Shown here in pieces: positions 9,935 through 18,616 of a stretch of 64,000 nucleotides of DNA. This stretch comes from an uncultured Ignavibacteriaceae bacterium (GTDB taxonomy: Bacteria > Bacteroidota > Ignavibacteria > Ignavibacteriales > Ignavibacteriaceae). Under the pieces are notes generated by a model. It had not been told where the DNA came from and searched no databases. It saw only the letters and a program-made list of their open reading frames with translations. The position numbers and the translations under genes were made by a program. Where the stretch lies: assembly GCA_964531325.1 (NCBI GenBank), contig CAZHCW010000018.1:11785-75784 (forward strand), given 5' to 3'. Numbering within the stretch: position 1 is the first letter of the stretch; each line of letters opens with the position of its first letter.

Positions 9935-12900
9935 ATGAAAAAGTTATTCTTCTTCGTTATTATTATAATTTCTACCGTATTTCCACAAACCAAACCCGAA
10001 CTTATCCTTCCCGTTGGACACAAAAACAAAATAGATGCAGTGAACTTCAGCCCCGATGGGAAATTAATTCTTTCGGCGAGCTGGGACAACACCGCCAAAC
10101 TGTGGGATGCTAAAACAGGGGTACTGCTTCGCAATATTGAGGCTCACCGTGAAGAGGTTGTGGATGCTCAGTTCAGTCCTGACGGTAGCATGTTTTTCAC
10201 TCTTTCCTGGGATCAATCGATAAAAATTTGGGAAACCGTTTCGGGTAAATTGATCCATAATTTTTTCACTGAAGGAGATGCTGTAACGGGAGCTTCATTT
10301 AGTCCTGATGGGAAAAGGCTATTAATTACAGGATATGAAGGGAGGGTGGAAGTAAGGGATTTGGCTTCAGGAAATGTAGTTTTGCCACTGATTGGACATT
10401 CAGGATCCATTGAAACGGGCAGATACAGCAGAGATGGCAAACTGATAGTAACAATAGCCTGGGATGGAACAGTTAAAGTGTGGGACAGTCAAACAGGTAC
10501 TCTTAAACACTCACTCCCTACCGGAAACAACTGGCCTGTGAGTGCAGATTTTAGCTCCGATTCAAAATATTTCTACAGCGCTGCATATAATGGAACCGTA
10601 AGGCTTTGGGAAACTTCAACAGGAAAGATGGTCTCAGAATACAAAGGCATACCCTCTGAACAAAACCTTCCTGTTTTTAGCCCCGACAGCAAAAGTTTTG
10701 TCGTGCCTAATGCCGGTGATTCTGTTAATGTCTTCGAAATAGAAACCGGAACAAACATCGCAACTCTCTATCTCTTTTCCGAAGAACCATGTAATATTTC
10801 AGGGGTTCACTATACCGAAGACGGCTCCAAATTGATGGTCACATTTTTCCAGTCAAATCCGACGATATGGCGCACTGAAGATTATCAATTACTTCATGTG
10901 ATCTTTAGTATCCAATCACTTGTTGGAGCATCAAGCTTCAGTCCGGATGGAAATTCTGCTGTTTTTGCTGACTATAATGGCAAAATTATTACGGTGGATG
11001 TTGAAACAGGAGAACAGTTAACTGATCTGACGGGTAAAACTGTTTCAATAAATTCAGCGAATTTTAATCCTGATGGAGATAAAATAGTTGCCACCTACGA
11101 TAACGACAGTCTAAAGATACTCGATGTTTTAACAGGAAAAGCCCGCAGCATCAACCCGGGTGAGAGTATTGTGTCATGGTTTGCCGGCTTCAGCCCGGAT
11201 GGTAAAAAGATATTGGTGCCGGGTCTGGATTATTCTCTTCTTGTAATGGATGTTAATTCGGGTGAAGTAAAAAATCGGGTTGTGGGGAATGAAAATTTTC
11301 TGGTTGCTGCAGAATTTAGTCCTGAGTCTGATAAGGTTGTCTCTGTTACAATGGACTCCTCTGCTTCACTTTGGAATTTAAAAACCAATAAGGAGGAAAA
11401 AAATCTGAGTTGCGTAAGCGGCGACCCCTCATCCGTTGCATTTAGCCCCGATGGGAAAAAGATCGCCATCGCAAGAAGGGACAGCACCACTTCCATAATT
11501 GACCTCGCATCCGGAAAAGTGATTCTTACACTCTTTGGACATGTTTCATTCGTAAATTCTGCCAGATTTAATAAAGCAGGCACCAAAATAGTAACGGCAT
11601 CTCTCGATCAAACTGTTAAGGTGTGGGACGCAATCACAGGCAGTGGACTGCTTACTCTTTATGGACATAATTATAGTGTTTTATCCGCTTATTTTGATGA
11701 TGAAGGTGACAAGATAATATCGTTTGGAGAAGATAAACAGGCCATAGTCTGGGATGCAATCTCGGGTGAAATATTGAGTAAAATAAGCCTCAAAGGGATT
11801 GGCAAGGATGTAAATTTTAAGCGGGATATGGTGGTCTCCCATAAAAACAGCCTTCTTACTTTTTATGATCTTACCGATGGTTACGAACTTCTCTCGTTTG
11901 CCACATTTGGAACGGAAGACTGGTTTGTTACTCATCCATCCGGACTTTTTGACGCCTCCCCCGGAGCGATGGAACAGATGTATTATGTTCAAGGCCTCGA
12001 TATCATCGAATTTAACCAGTTGAAAGATAAATACTGGGAGCCGGGGCTTTTCAAAAAAATCATGAATGGTGAACAACTCCGCTCAGTTGAGGCGATCGAT
12101 AAAGAGATGGAGCTTTGGCCTGAAGTGAAGGGATTCGAGTTTAGTGGAAATTATGAAAAAGTGAATGTGACGGTCGAAAATAAAGGTGGTGGAATAGGTA
12201 AAATCCAGGTACTACTAAATGGCAAGGAAATGATAGCCGATGCCAGAGGTCCCGAATTGGATGTTTCCCAACGCACGGCTTTGTTAAGTATCGACTTAAA
12301 AAACCATCCCTATCTTATAAATGGAGAAAACAAAATTGAAATAATCACATGGAACAAAGATGGAAATCTTTCAAGTCCCGGTGATGTTGCTGATTTTCTT
12401 TTTGAAAAAGAAAAACTTGAGCCGGCAATTTTTATTGTTTCTGTGGGTGTTGGCGATTATACGGGAGATAAATTAGACTTAAAATATGCGGGGAAAGATG
12501 CCGGCGACATTTTCACCGCTCTGAATGTTGGTGCCCAACATCTCTTTTCGAAGGAGAGAACTTTTTCTTATTTGCTTTCAACAGATAACAAGTCAGGATT
12601 GATGCCAACAAAGGTCAACATCGTAAAAACCTTTAACGAAATAGCTAAAAAAGCGTCTTCAGAAGATGTAATAGTTGTATATCTTGCAGGTCATGGTATG
12701 AACCTTGGTGGTGAGGAGGGTGATCTCCACTATCTCACGCAGGATGCATTTTCTCCAAATCCTGAAGTTTATAAAGATGAATCGGTTAGAAAATCCACCA
12801 CCATTTCCGGAGTTGAACTGATTGAACTTCTTAAAAATGTTGCCGCGTTAAAACAGGTTCTGATAATTGATGCCTGTGCATCGGGCAAATTGGTGGATAA

Positions 12901-13585
12901 CCTCGCCGAGAAACGGGATATTTCGAGTTCTGTTATCAAAGCCATGGAAAGGATGAAGGACAGAACAGGTTTGCATATTATCACAGGAAGTGCAGCCGAT
13001 GCAGTGAGTTACGAAGCAAGCAAGTATGGTCAGGGTTTGCTTACCTACTCAATTCTTTCAGGGATGCGTGGTCTTGCCCTAAAAGACAACAGATCGGTGG
13101 ATATCAGCCTGCTTATGCAACATGCCCGGGAGATGGTACCCAAACTTGCTGAAGGGATAGGTGGAATTCAGGAGCCGAGGATCTTTTCACCAAAAGGGGC
13201 AGAAAGTTTTGATATCGGAATTCTCGATGACAAAGAAAAATCGATGATTCCCCTCTCGCAGGAGAAAGTAATATTCGTTAACTCGGTATTTATGGATATA
13301 ACTGAATTGTCTGACCACCTGAATCTCGCAGAACAAATCGATGAAAAACTTTCGGCAATTTCTGAAAATGGAAGTGCTAAATTGATCTTTTGGAATGTGA
13401 AGAGTTATCCCGGAGCCAACAAACTTTCAGGAACTTATTCACTGACGGGAGATAATATCGAAATAACTTTCAAAATTTTGCAGGATAAATACACTATAAA
13501 ATCGTTCACCAAAAAAGGAACTAAAAGCAAACTGGATATGCTTATAAATGATATTATTGGAGCAGTAGTGGAGAGTATAAGATAA
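9935..13585 (+). CDS. Exported multi-WD40/beta-propeller protein with C-terminal caspase-like (peptidase C14) domain
   Basis: Signal peptide MKKLFFFVIIIISTVFPQ; the ATG at 9935 is preferred over the TTG at 9923. About 14 or more FSPDG...WD repeats. Caspase dyad contexts VIVVYLAGHGM (His codon 12692..12694) and VLIIDACASGK (Cys codon 12875..12877). Confidence 0.85.
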   Translation: MKKLFFFVIIIISTVFPQTKPELILPVGHKNKIDAVNFSPDGKLILSASWDNTAKLWDAKTGVLLRNIEAHREEVVDAQFSPDGSMFFTLSWDQSIKIWETVSGKLIHNFFTEGDAVTGASFSPDGKRLLITGYEGRVEVRDLASGNVVLPLIGHSGSIETGRYSRDGKLIVTIAWDGTVKVWDSQTGTLKHSLPTGNNWPVSADFSSDSKYFYSAAYNGTVRLWETSTGKMVSEYKGIPSEQNLPVFSPDSKSFVVPNAGDSVNVFEIETGTNIATLYLFSEEPCNISGVHYTEDGSKLMVTFFQSNPTIWRTEDYQLLHVIFSIQSLVGASSFSPDGNSAVFADYNGKIITVDVETGEQLTDLTGKTVSINSANFNPDGDKIVATYDNDSLKILDVLTGKARSINPGESIVSWFAGFSPDGKKILVPGLDYSLLVMDVNSGEVKNRVVGNENFLVAAEFSPESDKVVSVTMDSSASLWNLKTNKEEKNLSCVSGDPSSVAFSPDGKKIAIARRDSTTSIIDLASGKVILTLFGHVSFVNSARFNKAGTKIVTASLDQTVKVWDAITGSGLLTLYGHNYSVLSAYFDDEGDKIISFGEDKQAIVWDAISGEILSKISLKGIGKDVNFKRDMVVSHKNSLLTFYDLTDGYELLSFATFGTEDWFVTHPSGLFDASPGAMEQMYYVQGLDIIEFNQLKDKYWEPGLFKKIMNGEQLRSVEAIDKEMELWPEVKGFEFSGNYEKVNVTVENKGGGIGKIQVLLNGKEMIADARGPELDVSQRTALLSIDLKNHPYLINGENKIEIITWNKDGNLSSPGDVADFLFEKEKLEPAIFIVSVGVGDYTGDKLDLKYAGKDAGDIFTALNVGAQHLFSKERTFSYLLSTDNKSGLMPTKVNIVKTFNEIAKKASSEDVIVVYLAGHGMNLGGEEGDLHYLTQDAFSPNPEVYKDESVRKSTTISGVELIELLKNVAALKQVLIIDACASGKLVDNLAEKRDISSSVIKAMERMKDRTGLHIITGSAADAVSYEASKYGQGLLTYSILSGMRGLALKDNRSVDISLLMQHAREMVPKLAEGIGGIQEPRIFSPKGAESFDIGILDDKEKSMIPLSQEKVIFVNSVFMDITELSDHLNLAEQIDEKLSAISENGSAKLIFWNVKSYPGANKLSGTYSLTGDNIEITFKILQDKYTIKSFTKKGTKSKLDMLINDIIGAVVESIR

Positions 13586-13613
13586 CTATCTGAAGTTTTC
13601 GTCTGTTTAAAGA

Positions 13614-14984
13614 CTAATGAACCTGAGAAATCCCTAATTTTTTTAACCTTTTATAAAGATTACTCCGGTCGATTCCAAGTTCTGCGGCAGCACTGGTGAT
13701 ATTATAATCAACTCTGTTTAGAACTTCCAGAATGAATTCTTTTTCCAATTCAGCTTTATGGAATTTGAGATTTGAAACAACCTCAGTCGGGACAAAATTA
13801 GTGAATCGTTGATCCTTCAAATTAAGTAACAAACTCACCTCTTCCAGACTTATAACTTTGTTTGAAGACAAAATGCACAGTCTGTCAACAAAATTTTTAA
13901 GCTCTCTTACATTACCATGCCATTCCTGCTCTGAGAGAAACTTAATTACATAATCCGACATCTCAACAAAGGGTTTATTATATTTTTGGGAGCTTTTAAT
14001 TAAAAAGTGTTTTAACAGTTCTGGAATGTCAGCTTTTCGTTCACGCAGAGGTGGAATGGTTATCGGAAAAACATTTAACCTGTAAAACAAGTCTTCCCTG
14101 AATGTTTTTTCTTCTACCATTTTATTAAGGGATTTATTTGTGGCTGCAATAACTCTTACATCCACTTCTTCTTCAGTATTCGCCCCGATTTTGGTTATCT
14201 TTCTCTCTTCCAGAACTCTTAACAATTTCCCCTGCAGTTCAAAATTCATGTCACCAATCTCATCGAGGAATAATGTGCCCTGATGTGCAGCTTGGATTTT
14301 TCCAATTCGGGTTTCATCTGCCCCAGTGAATGCACCCTTGGTATGTCCAAATAATTCGCTTTCAAGCAAATCTTTACTTAACGAAGCACAGTTCATCACA
14401 ATTATTTTTTTTGTCCGCCTTTTGCTGTTGTAATGTATCGATTTTGCAACCAGTTCTTTTCCGGTACCCGATTCACCTTGTATCAGAACAGTCACATCAG
14501 TCATTGCCGTCTTATAAATCAAATTCTTGATCTCTATCATCTTGTCACTTGAACCAACCATCCGGTATTTATCTTTGATTTCGTCAAGAAAAACTTTGTT
14601 TTCAGAAATTAATCGGCGGGTTCTCAGTGCGTTCCTGATCGAAACTGCGAGTCTGGTTGGCTCCACAGGTTTTTCGATATAGTCAAACGCACCCTGTTTT
14701 ATACATTCAACGGCGAGTTCAATAGAATTTTGTGCCGACACCATGATTACCGGGATTGAGGCATACTTTGAAATGACAATTTTCAGAAATTCAATTCCGT
14801 TTAAGCCCGGAATCCTTACATCCAACAATATACAGTCGTAACTGTGAGATTCAAGTTTTTCTAAAGCGTCTATTGATGAACAGGCAGTCTCCACTTCATA
14901 TCCAAAAGAAGTTCCTTCCAACCGCCGCTTGATAGAGATCAAATATGCACGATCATCATCAATTACTAAAATTCTGTTTTGCAT
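13614..14984 (-). CDS. Sigma-54-dependent response regulator (NtrC family: receiver, AAA+ domain and Fis-type HTH)
   Basis: Receiver ILVIDDD...CILLDVRIPGLNG, Walker A GESGTGKE, GAFTGA loop, ESELFGH, C-terminal HTH ITSAAAELGIDRSNLYKRLKKLGI. No histidine kinase gene lies in the window. Confidence 0.92.
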   Translation of the reverse strand: MQNRILVIDDDRAYLISIKRRLEGTSFGYEVETACSSIDALEKLESHSYDCILLDVRIPGLNGIEFLKIVISKYASIPVIMVSAQNSIELAVECIKQGAFDYIEKPVEPTRLAVSIRNALRTRRLISENKVFLDEIKDKYRMVGSSDKMIEIKNLIYKTAMTDVTVLIQGESGTGKELVAKSIHYNSKRRTKKIIVMNCASLSKDLLESELFGHTKGAFTGADETRIGKIQAAHQGTLFLDEIGDMNFELQGKLLRVLEERKITKIGANTEEEVDVRVIAATNKSLNKMVEEKTFREDLFYRLNVFPITIPPLRERKADIPELLKHFLIKSSQKYNKPFVEMSDYVIKFLSEQEWHGNVRELKNFVDRLCILSSNKVISLEEVSLLLNLKDQRFTNFVPTEVVSNLKFHKAELEKEFILEVLNRVDYNITSAAAELGIDRSNLYKRLKKLGISQVH

Positions 14985-15124
14985 TTAATTTCCGGATTTC
15001 TTATAACTATGATTAATACACAAAAAATTTTTCCGTTCGGACATTACCGGGAAAGAAATTGTCACTGTGTAACTAAAGAATGTCAAGAAGTTGTGGCAAA
15101 AACTACCAAAAAATAACAAAAATT

Positions 15125-15139
15125 TGGCAATAATTGCCA
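15125..15139. promoter_or_regulatory. Candidate upstream activator site (perfect palindrome TGGCAAT-A-ATTGCCA)
   Basis: The 15-bp palindrome is centred ~94 bp upstream of the -24 element. A weaker related site, TGGCAAAAACTACCA, lies at 15094..15108. Confidence 0.45.
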
Positions 15140-15224
15140 CTCAAATTTGAAGATATTTTTAATAAAAATGATATAAAACCGAATTATTTGTCTGAAATGA
15201 AATGATAATATTTTTATTCATCTA

Positions 15225-15240
15225 TGGCACACATTTTGCA
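15225..15240 (+). promoter_or_regulatory. Sigma-54 (-24/-12) promoter
   Basis: TGGCACacattTTGCA matches the TGGCAC-N5-TTGCA consensus exactly. It lies ~148 nt upstream of the ATG at 15388 and next to the divergent sigma-54 activator gene. Confidence 0.78.
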
Positions 15241-15387
15241 TCATAAAAATGCTGTTCTCTATACGAAATAGATGGTTCGGCAGTCGTGAGGGAGAAGCGC
15301 AGTTATCCCCCATTGTTTGAAATTTTGAAATCCAATACTTATTTATCTCCAGTTGAGTTTATCTCTATACCGAAAGGATGTTACAAG

Positions 15388-17973
15388 ATGACAAGAAGGA
15401 AAACTTTTTTGTTGTTTAATTTTATTTTTCTTTTATCGTGGGTCGGGTTCGCAAACCCTGCACCACAGACCGATTTTCTGCTGACACCCACCAATGGTGA
15501 AACAGGTATTTCAATTGAACCAACCTTTACCTGGACTCCGGTAGCAGGCGCAAGTTTTTATACAATAAGAATTTCGACAGCGGGTGGAGCAAATTTTGAT
15601 GCAAATGTAATTTATACCGAAACATCCATTGCCACATCAAATGTCCATCTTACTGAGGTAATCCCCGCAAATTATGTTGCAAACCCGGCACCTCCTTATC
15701 CGATACCGGCTGGTTATGCCATCCCGTTCAGTAATGACCGTCTTTACTATTGGCAAGTTGAAGCACATATTACAGGAACAAACCCGATATCCGATATTTG
15801 GTCTTTCAGAACTTATGCTAATGTTAATCTAACTCTTTTGTATCCCGGAACTAATGCAACAGTTGTGCCAACTGAAGTTTTGTTTTCGTATTATACAAAT
15901 GTTGTAAACAGTGGTTTTGACTTTAAACTTCAGGGAATAGCAGCCACAACTGCACCAAATGCCGGGTTAGGCGAATGGCTGTCACCTGATTTTAATCCTG
16001 CTGCGGTTCCTGAAATAACTCAAACCATTCCTGAGCTCGTTGGTGGCACAAAGTACTATTGGAGGGTTGTGCTTCTTCAAGCCGGAACAAATAAAATCCT
16101 GAAATACTCACCTGTCTCATATTTTAATACCTCCGGTGGTGCTGCGAAACCAACTCCTTTTTACCCATTAAGTGGAACTGTTTACACAAACACTCCAACG
16201 CTATATTGGTATCTTGGAGGGTTTAACACTGACCTCACTTTTGAGGTAGAAGTAAGTTTAACCAACGGAGCAGGAGCTTTTGTAAAAACCTACCCTGCAG
16301 TCGGTGATCCACCAATCGAAGATTTGTATTTTGAAATTCCCGAAGGTGGATGTTTGCCGGGAACGAAATATTATTGGAGAGTAAGAAGTGTTTATACCCC
16401 GGCAGGAGGTCCTGTGGTGTATTCCGACCCCAGTGCCTGGAAAAATTTTACAACTCACGGTGTAGGTACGGTACTAAAACCAACATGCTCCTATCCCAAA
16501 GATAACGCCACAGTATATAGCACTGTCCCATATCTGTTTTGGTATGTTGGTGGTTCATCTGAAGGTTTAACCTTTGATGTTGAAATTGTAAAGGCAACAG
16601 ATAACTTTTCAGGAACAGCTACCGCAGGTTTAACCGACATAGAAGAACTGTCTGTACAACTTGTAGATGCTTTAGAACCGGGTGTTCAGTATAAATGGAA
16701 GGTTTGTGCAAAAAATGCTGCGGGTGCTATCCTCTGGTCGGATCAAGCAAAGTTTAAAGTTACCGGTGGCACGGCAAACACACATACAGTCGTTATGTAT
16801 CCTAAAAACTACACTACGCTATACACCAAAAAACCCACACTTTTCTGGTATCTGGAAGGCGCAGATTTTGGTGTAACGGGATACAAGGTGAGATATAAAG
16901 AAAAAAATGAAGTTGCCTGGATAGAAATGTTGCCTGTAATCTCAGGTGTGGAAAACACGAGTTATGAATTCCCAACCGATATACCAGATTGTGAAGGAAA
17001 AAAATATGATTGGCAGGTAGCCGCTATTCATGATGGTATTATCGGTACTTATAGTTCCGGCAGTTTTAAGATAGTTGCAGGATCACAACCCGGAGTACCT
17101 GTTCTCACATACCCCAAAAACACCACTGTTTATACCGCATCACCAACTCTCTATTGGTATGTAAACGGTTCTACAACCAATGTCACCGGATACAATGTTA
17201 AATACAGTTATTCAAGTGAGTTTACGCCGACTACAACCGTCACTGATGTGACCACCGATCAATTTTATCAGTGTGAAAATCTTAATGACGGATACACCTA
17301 TTGGTGGAAAGTGCAGTTAATTGTTAACGATGTCCCTTATGGAGATTATTCTCAACCACAGAAGTTTTATGTAAAACCGGGTTCAGAGGCACCTTCATCC
17401 CCAATTGTTGGTGGTCCTGACAATATAAGTGTAACAACTACATCACCAACAATTGCCTGGGCTGTTCCTGCAGATCCTCCAATTGGTGCAACTTATGAGC
17501 TGGAAATCGCTGATAATCCCGATTTCACAAATCCTGTAATCATGGAAAACCTGGTAAATCAGAACCATGAAGTTCAGGGATTAACTGTTAACAGCGGATA
17601 CTTCTGGCATGTCAGGATGAAAGATGGACAAGGGAACTACTCCAATTATTCTTCAACTGCACAATTTATGGTGGTCAGCCCAACCGGTGTTGAAAACGAA
17701 ACAATACCTTCTGAATTTAATTTGGATCAGAACTATCCTAATCCGTTTAATCCTTCAACAACTATCAGGTTTAATCTCCCTGAAGATGTTAATGTGAAAT
17801 TAGTTGTTTTCAATTCACTTGGTGAACAGGTCTCACAGTTGATAAATGGACAAATGGAGGCAGGAACACACTCGATTAAATTTGATGCGAATTCCCTCCC
17901 ATCAGGTATTTATTTCTACAGAATTGAAGCCGGAAGCTTTAATGCGATACGAAAAATGATCTTGTTGAAGTAA
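15388..17973 (+). CDS. Secreted repeat protein (about eight Fn3/Ig-like modules) with T9SS C-terminal sorting domain
   Basis: Signal peptide MTRRKTFLLFNFIFLLSWVGFA begins at the ATG at 15388. The module P-x-N/G...PTL/F-x-W...Y-Y/K/D/W-W-x-V recurs (YYWQV, YYWRV twice, YKWKV, YDWQV, YWWKV, YFWHV). The C-terminus is LDQNYPNPFNPSTTIRFNLP...GIYFYRIEAGSFNAIRKMILLK. Confidence 0.82.
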   Translation: MTRRKTFLLFNFIFLLSWVGFANPAPQTDFLLTPTNGETGISIEPTFTWTPVAGASFYTIRISTAGGANFDANVIYTETSIATSNVHLTEVIPANYVANPAPPYPIPAGYAIPFSNDRLYYWQVEAHITGTNPISDIWSFRTYANVNLTLLYPGTNATVVPTEVLFSYYTNVVNSGFDFKLQGIAATTAPNAGLGEWLSPDFNPAAVPEITQTIPELVGGTKYYWRVVLLQAGTNKILKYSPVSYFNTSGGAAKPTPFYPLSGTVYTNTPTLYWYLGGFNTDLTFEVEVSLTNGAGAFVKTYPAVGDPPIEDLYFEIPEGGCLPGTKYYWRVRSVYTPAGGPVVYSDPSAWKNFTTHGVGTVLKPTCSYPKDNATVYSTVPYLFWYVGGSSEGLTFDVEIVKATDNFSGTATAGLTDIEELSVQLVDALEPGVQYKWKVCAKNAAGAILWSDQAKFKVTGGTANTHTVVMYPKNYTTLYTKKPTLFWYLEGADFGVTGYKVRYKEKNEVAWIEMLPVISGVENTSYEFPTDIPDCEGKKYDWQVAAIHDGIIGTYSSGSFKIVAGSQPGVPVLTYPKNTTVYTASPTLYWYVNGSTTNVTGYNVKYSYSSEFTPTTTVTDVTTDQFYQCENLNDGYTYWWKVQLIVNDVPYGDYSQPQKFYVKPGSEAPSSPIVGGPDNISVTTTSPTIAWAVPADPPIGATYELEIADNPDFTNPVIMENLVNQNHEVQGLTVNSGYFWHVRMKDGQGNYSNYSSTAQFMVVSPTGVENETIPSEFNLDQNYPNPFNPSTTIRFNLPEDVNVKLVVFNSLGEQVSQLINGQMEAGTHSIKFDANSLPSGIYFYRIEAGSFNAIRKMILLK

Positions 17974-18016
17974 CTTTGAAGGAGTGAGTAATAAACACTC
18001 TACTTATTAAATACAG

Positions 18017-18050
18017 GTGCCATCTCAATCCTGGGGTGGCACTTTTTTTT
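18017..18050 (+). terminator. Putative intrinsic terminator
   Basis: GTGCCA-14 nt-TGGCAC is followed by T8. The stem is short. Confidence 0.5.
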
Positions 18051-18135
18051 GATATTAAATCTATTGGCGATTAAAATTTTGATTAATTTTTTTGAAGAGT
18101 TATTATACTTGTGACCATTCAAACAACAATGATAA

Positions 18136-18444
18136 CTATCTAAAGTTTTCCGCAGTCGAATTAAATGATTGCCTTGTATCTATATTTTGACTAACTGTAT
18201 TCAGGATTTGGAATGAAGTTTTAAAACCTGAGTGAACATTTAGCCTGCCTGGATTATTTGATGTAAAAATCGGCTCGCTTGTGGTATTCACTTCTTGAAC
18301 ACGCTTGGGTGTTTGTGCCGAAATCTTTGCCAATTCAAGTTGTTCCTTCGCAAATCTCCGGTTAGAAGCAATTCTCGAAACAATTATAAATAACAGATTG
18401 CTTGCAGCTATTATAGAAACGAGGAAAAGAATTGATGTCATCAT
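18136..18444 (-). CDS. Hypothetical small membrane protein
   Basis: 102 aa with an N-terminal transmembrane helix (MMTSILFLVSIIAASNLLFIIV). No recognisable family. Flanked by very AT-rich DNA. Confidence 0.35.
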   Translation of the reverse strand: MMTSILFLVSIIAASNLLFIIVSRIASNRRFAKEQLELAKISAQTPKRVQEVNTTSEPIFTSNNPGRLNVHSGFKTSFQILNTVSQNIDTRQSFNSTAENFR

Positions 18445-18616
18445 AAATTAAAGTCTCGCTGTATTAAAAGAATATTTGGTTATTCAAATATATAATATTT
18501 CGTAATAATTACATGTGATTCTTATATTAATTTTAACCAATTTATCAGGGATGTGAGTTTGAGCACAAATACGCTTATTTTACCACCAAAACAGTTAATT
18601 TAACATCACTTTAATC

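Noticed and set aside
15286-15387. N-terminal 34-aa extension of the sigma-54-controlled gene (track start at 15286).
   Set aside because: The extension starts at a non-ATG codon and precedes a clean signal peptide that begins at the ATG at 15388. It would also place the start very close to the promoter at 15225..15240.
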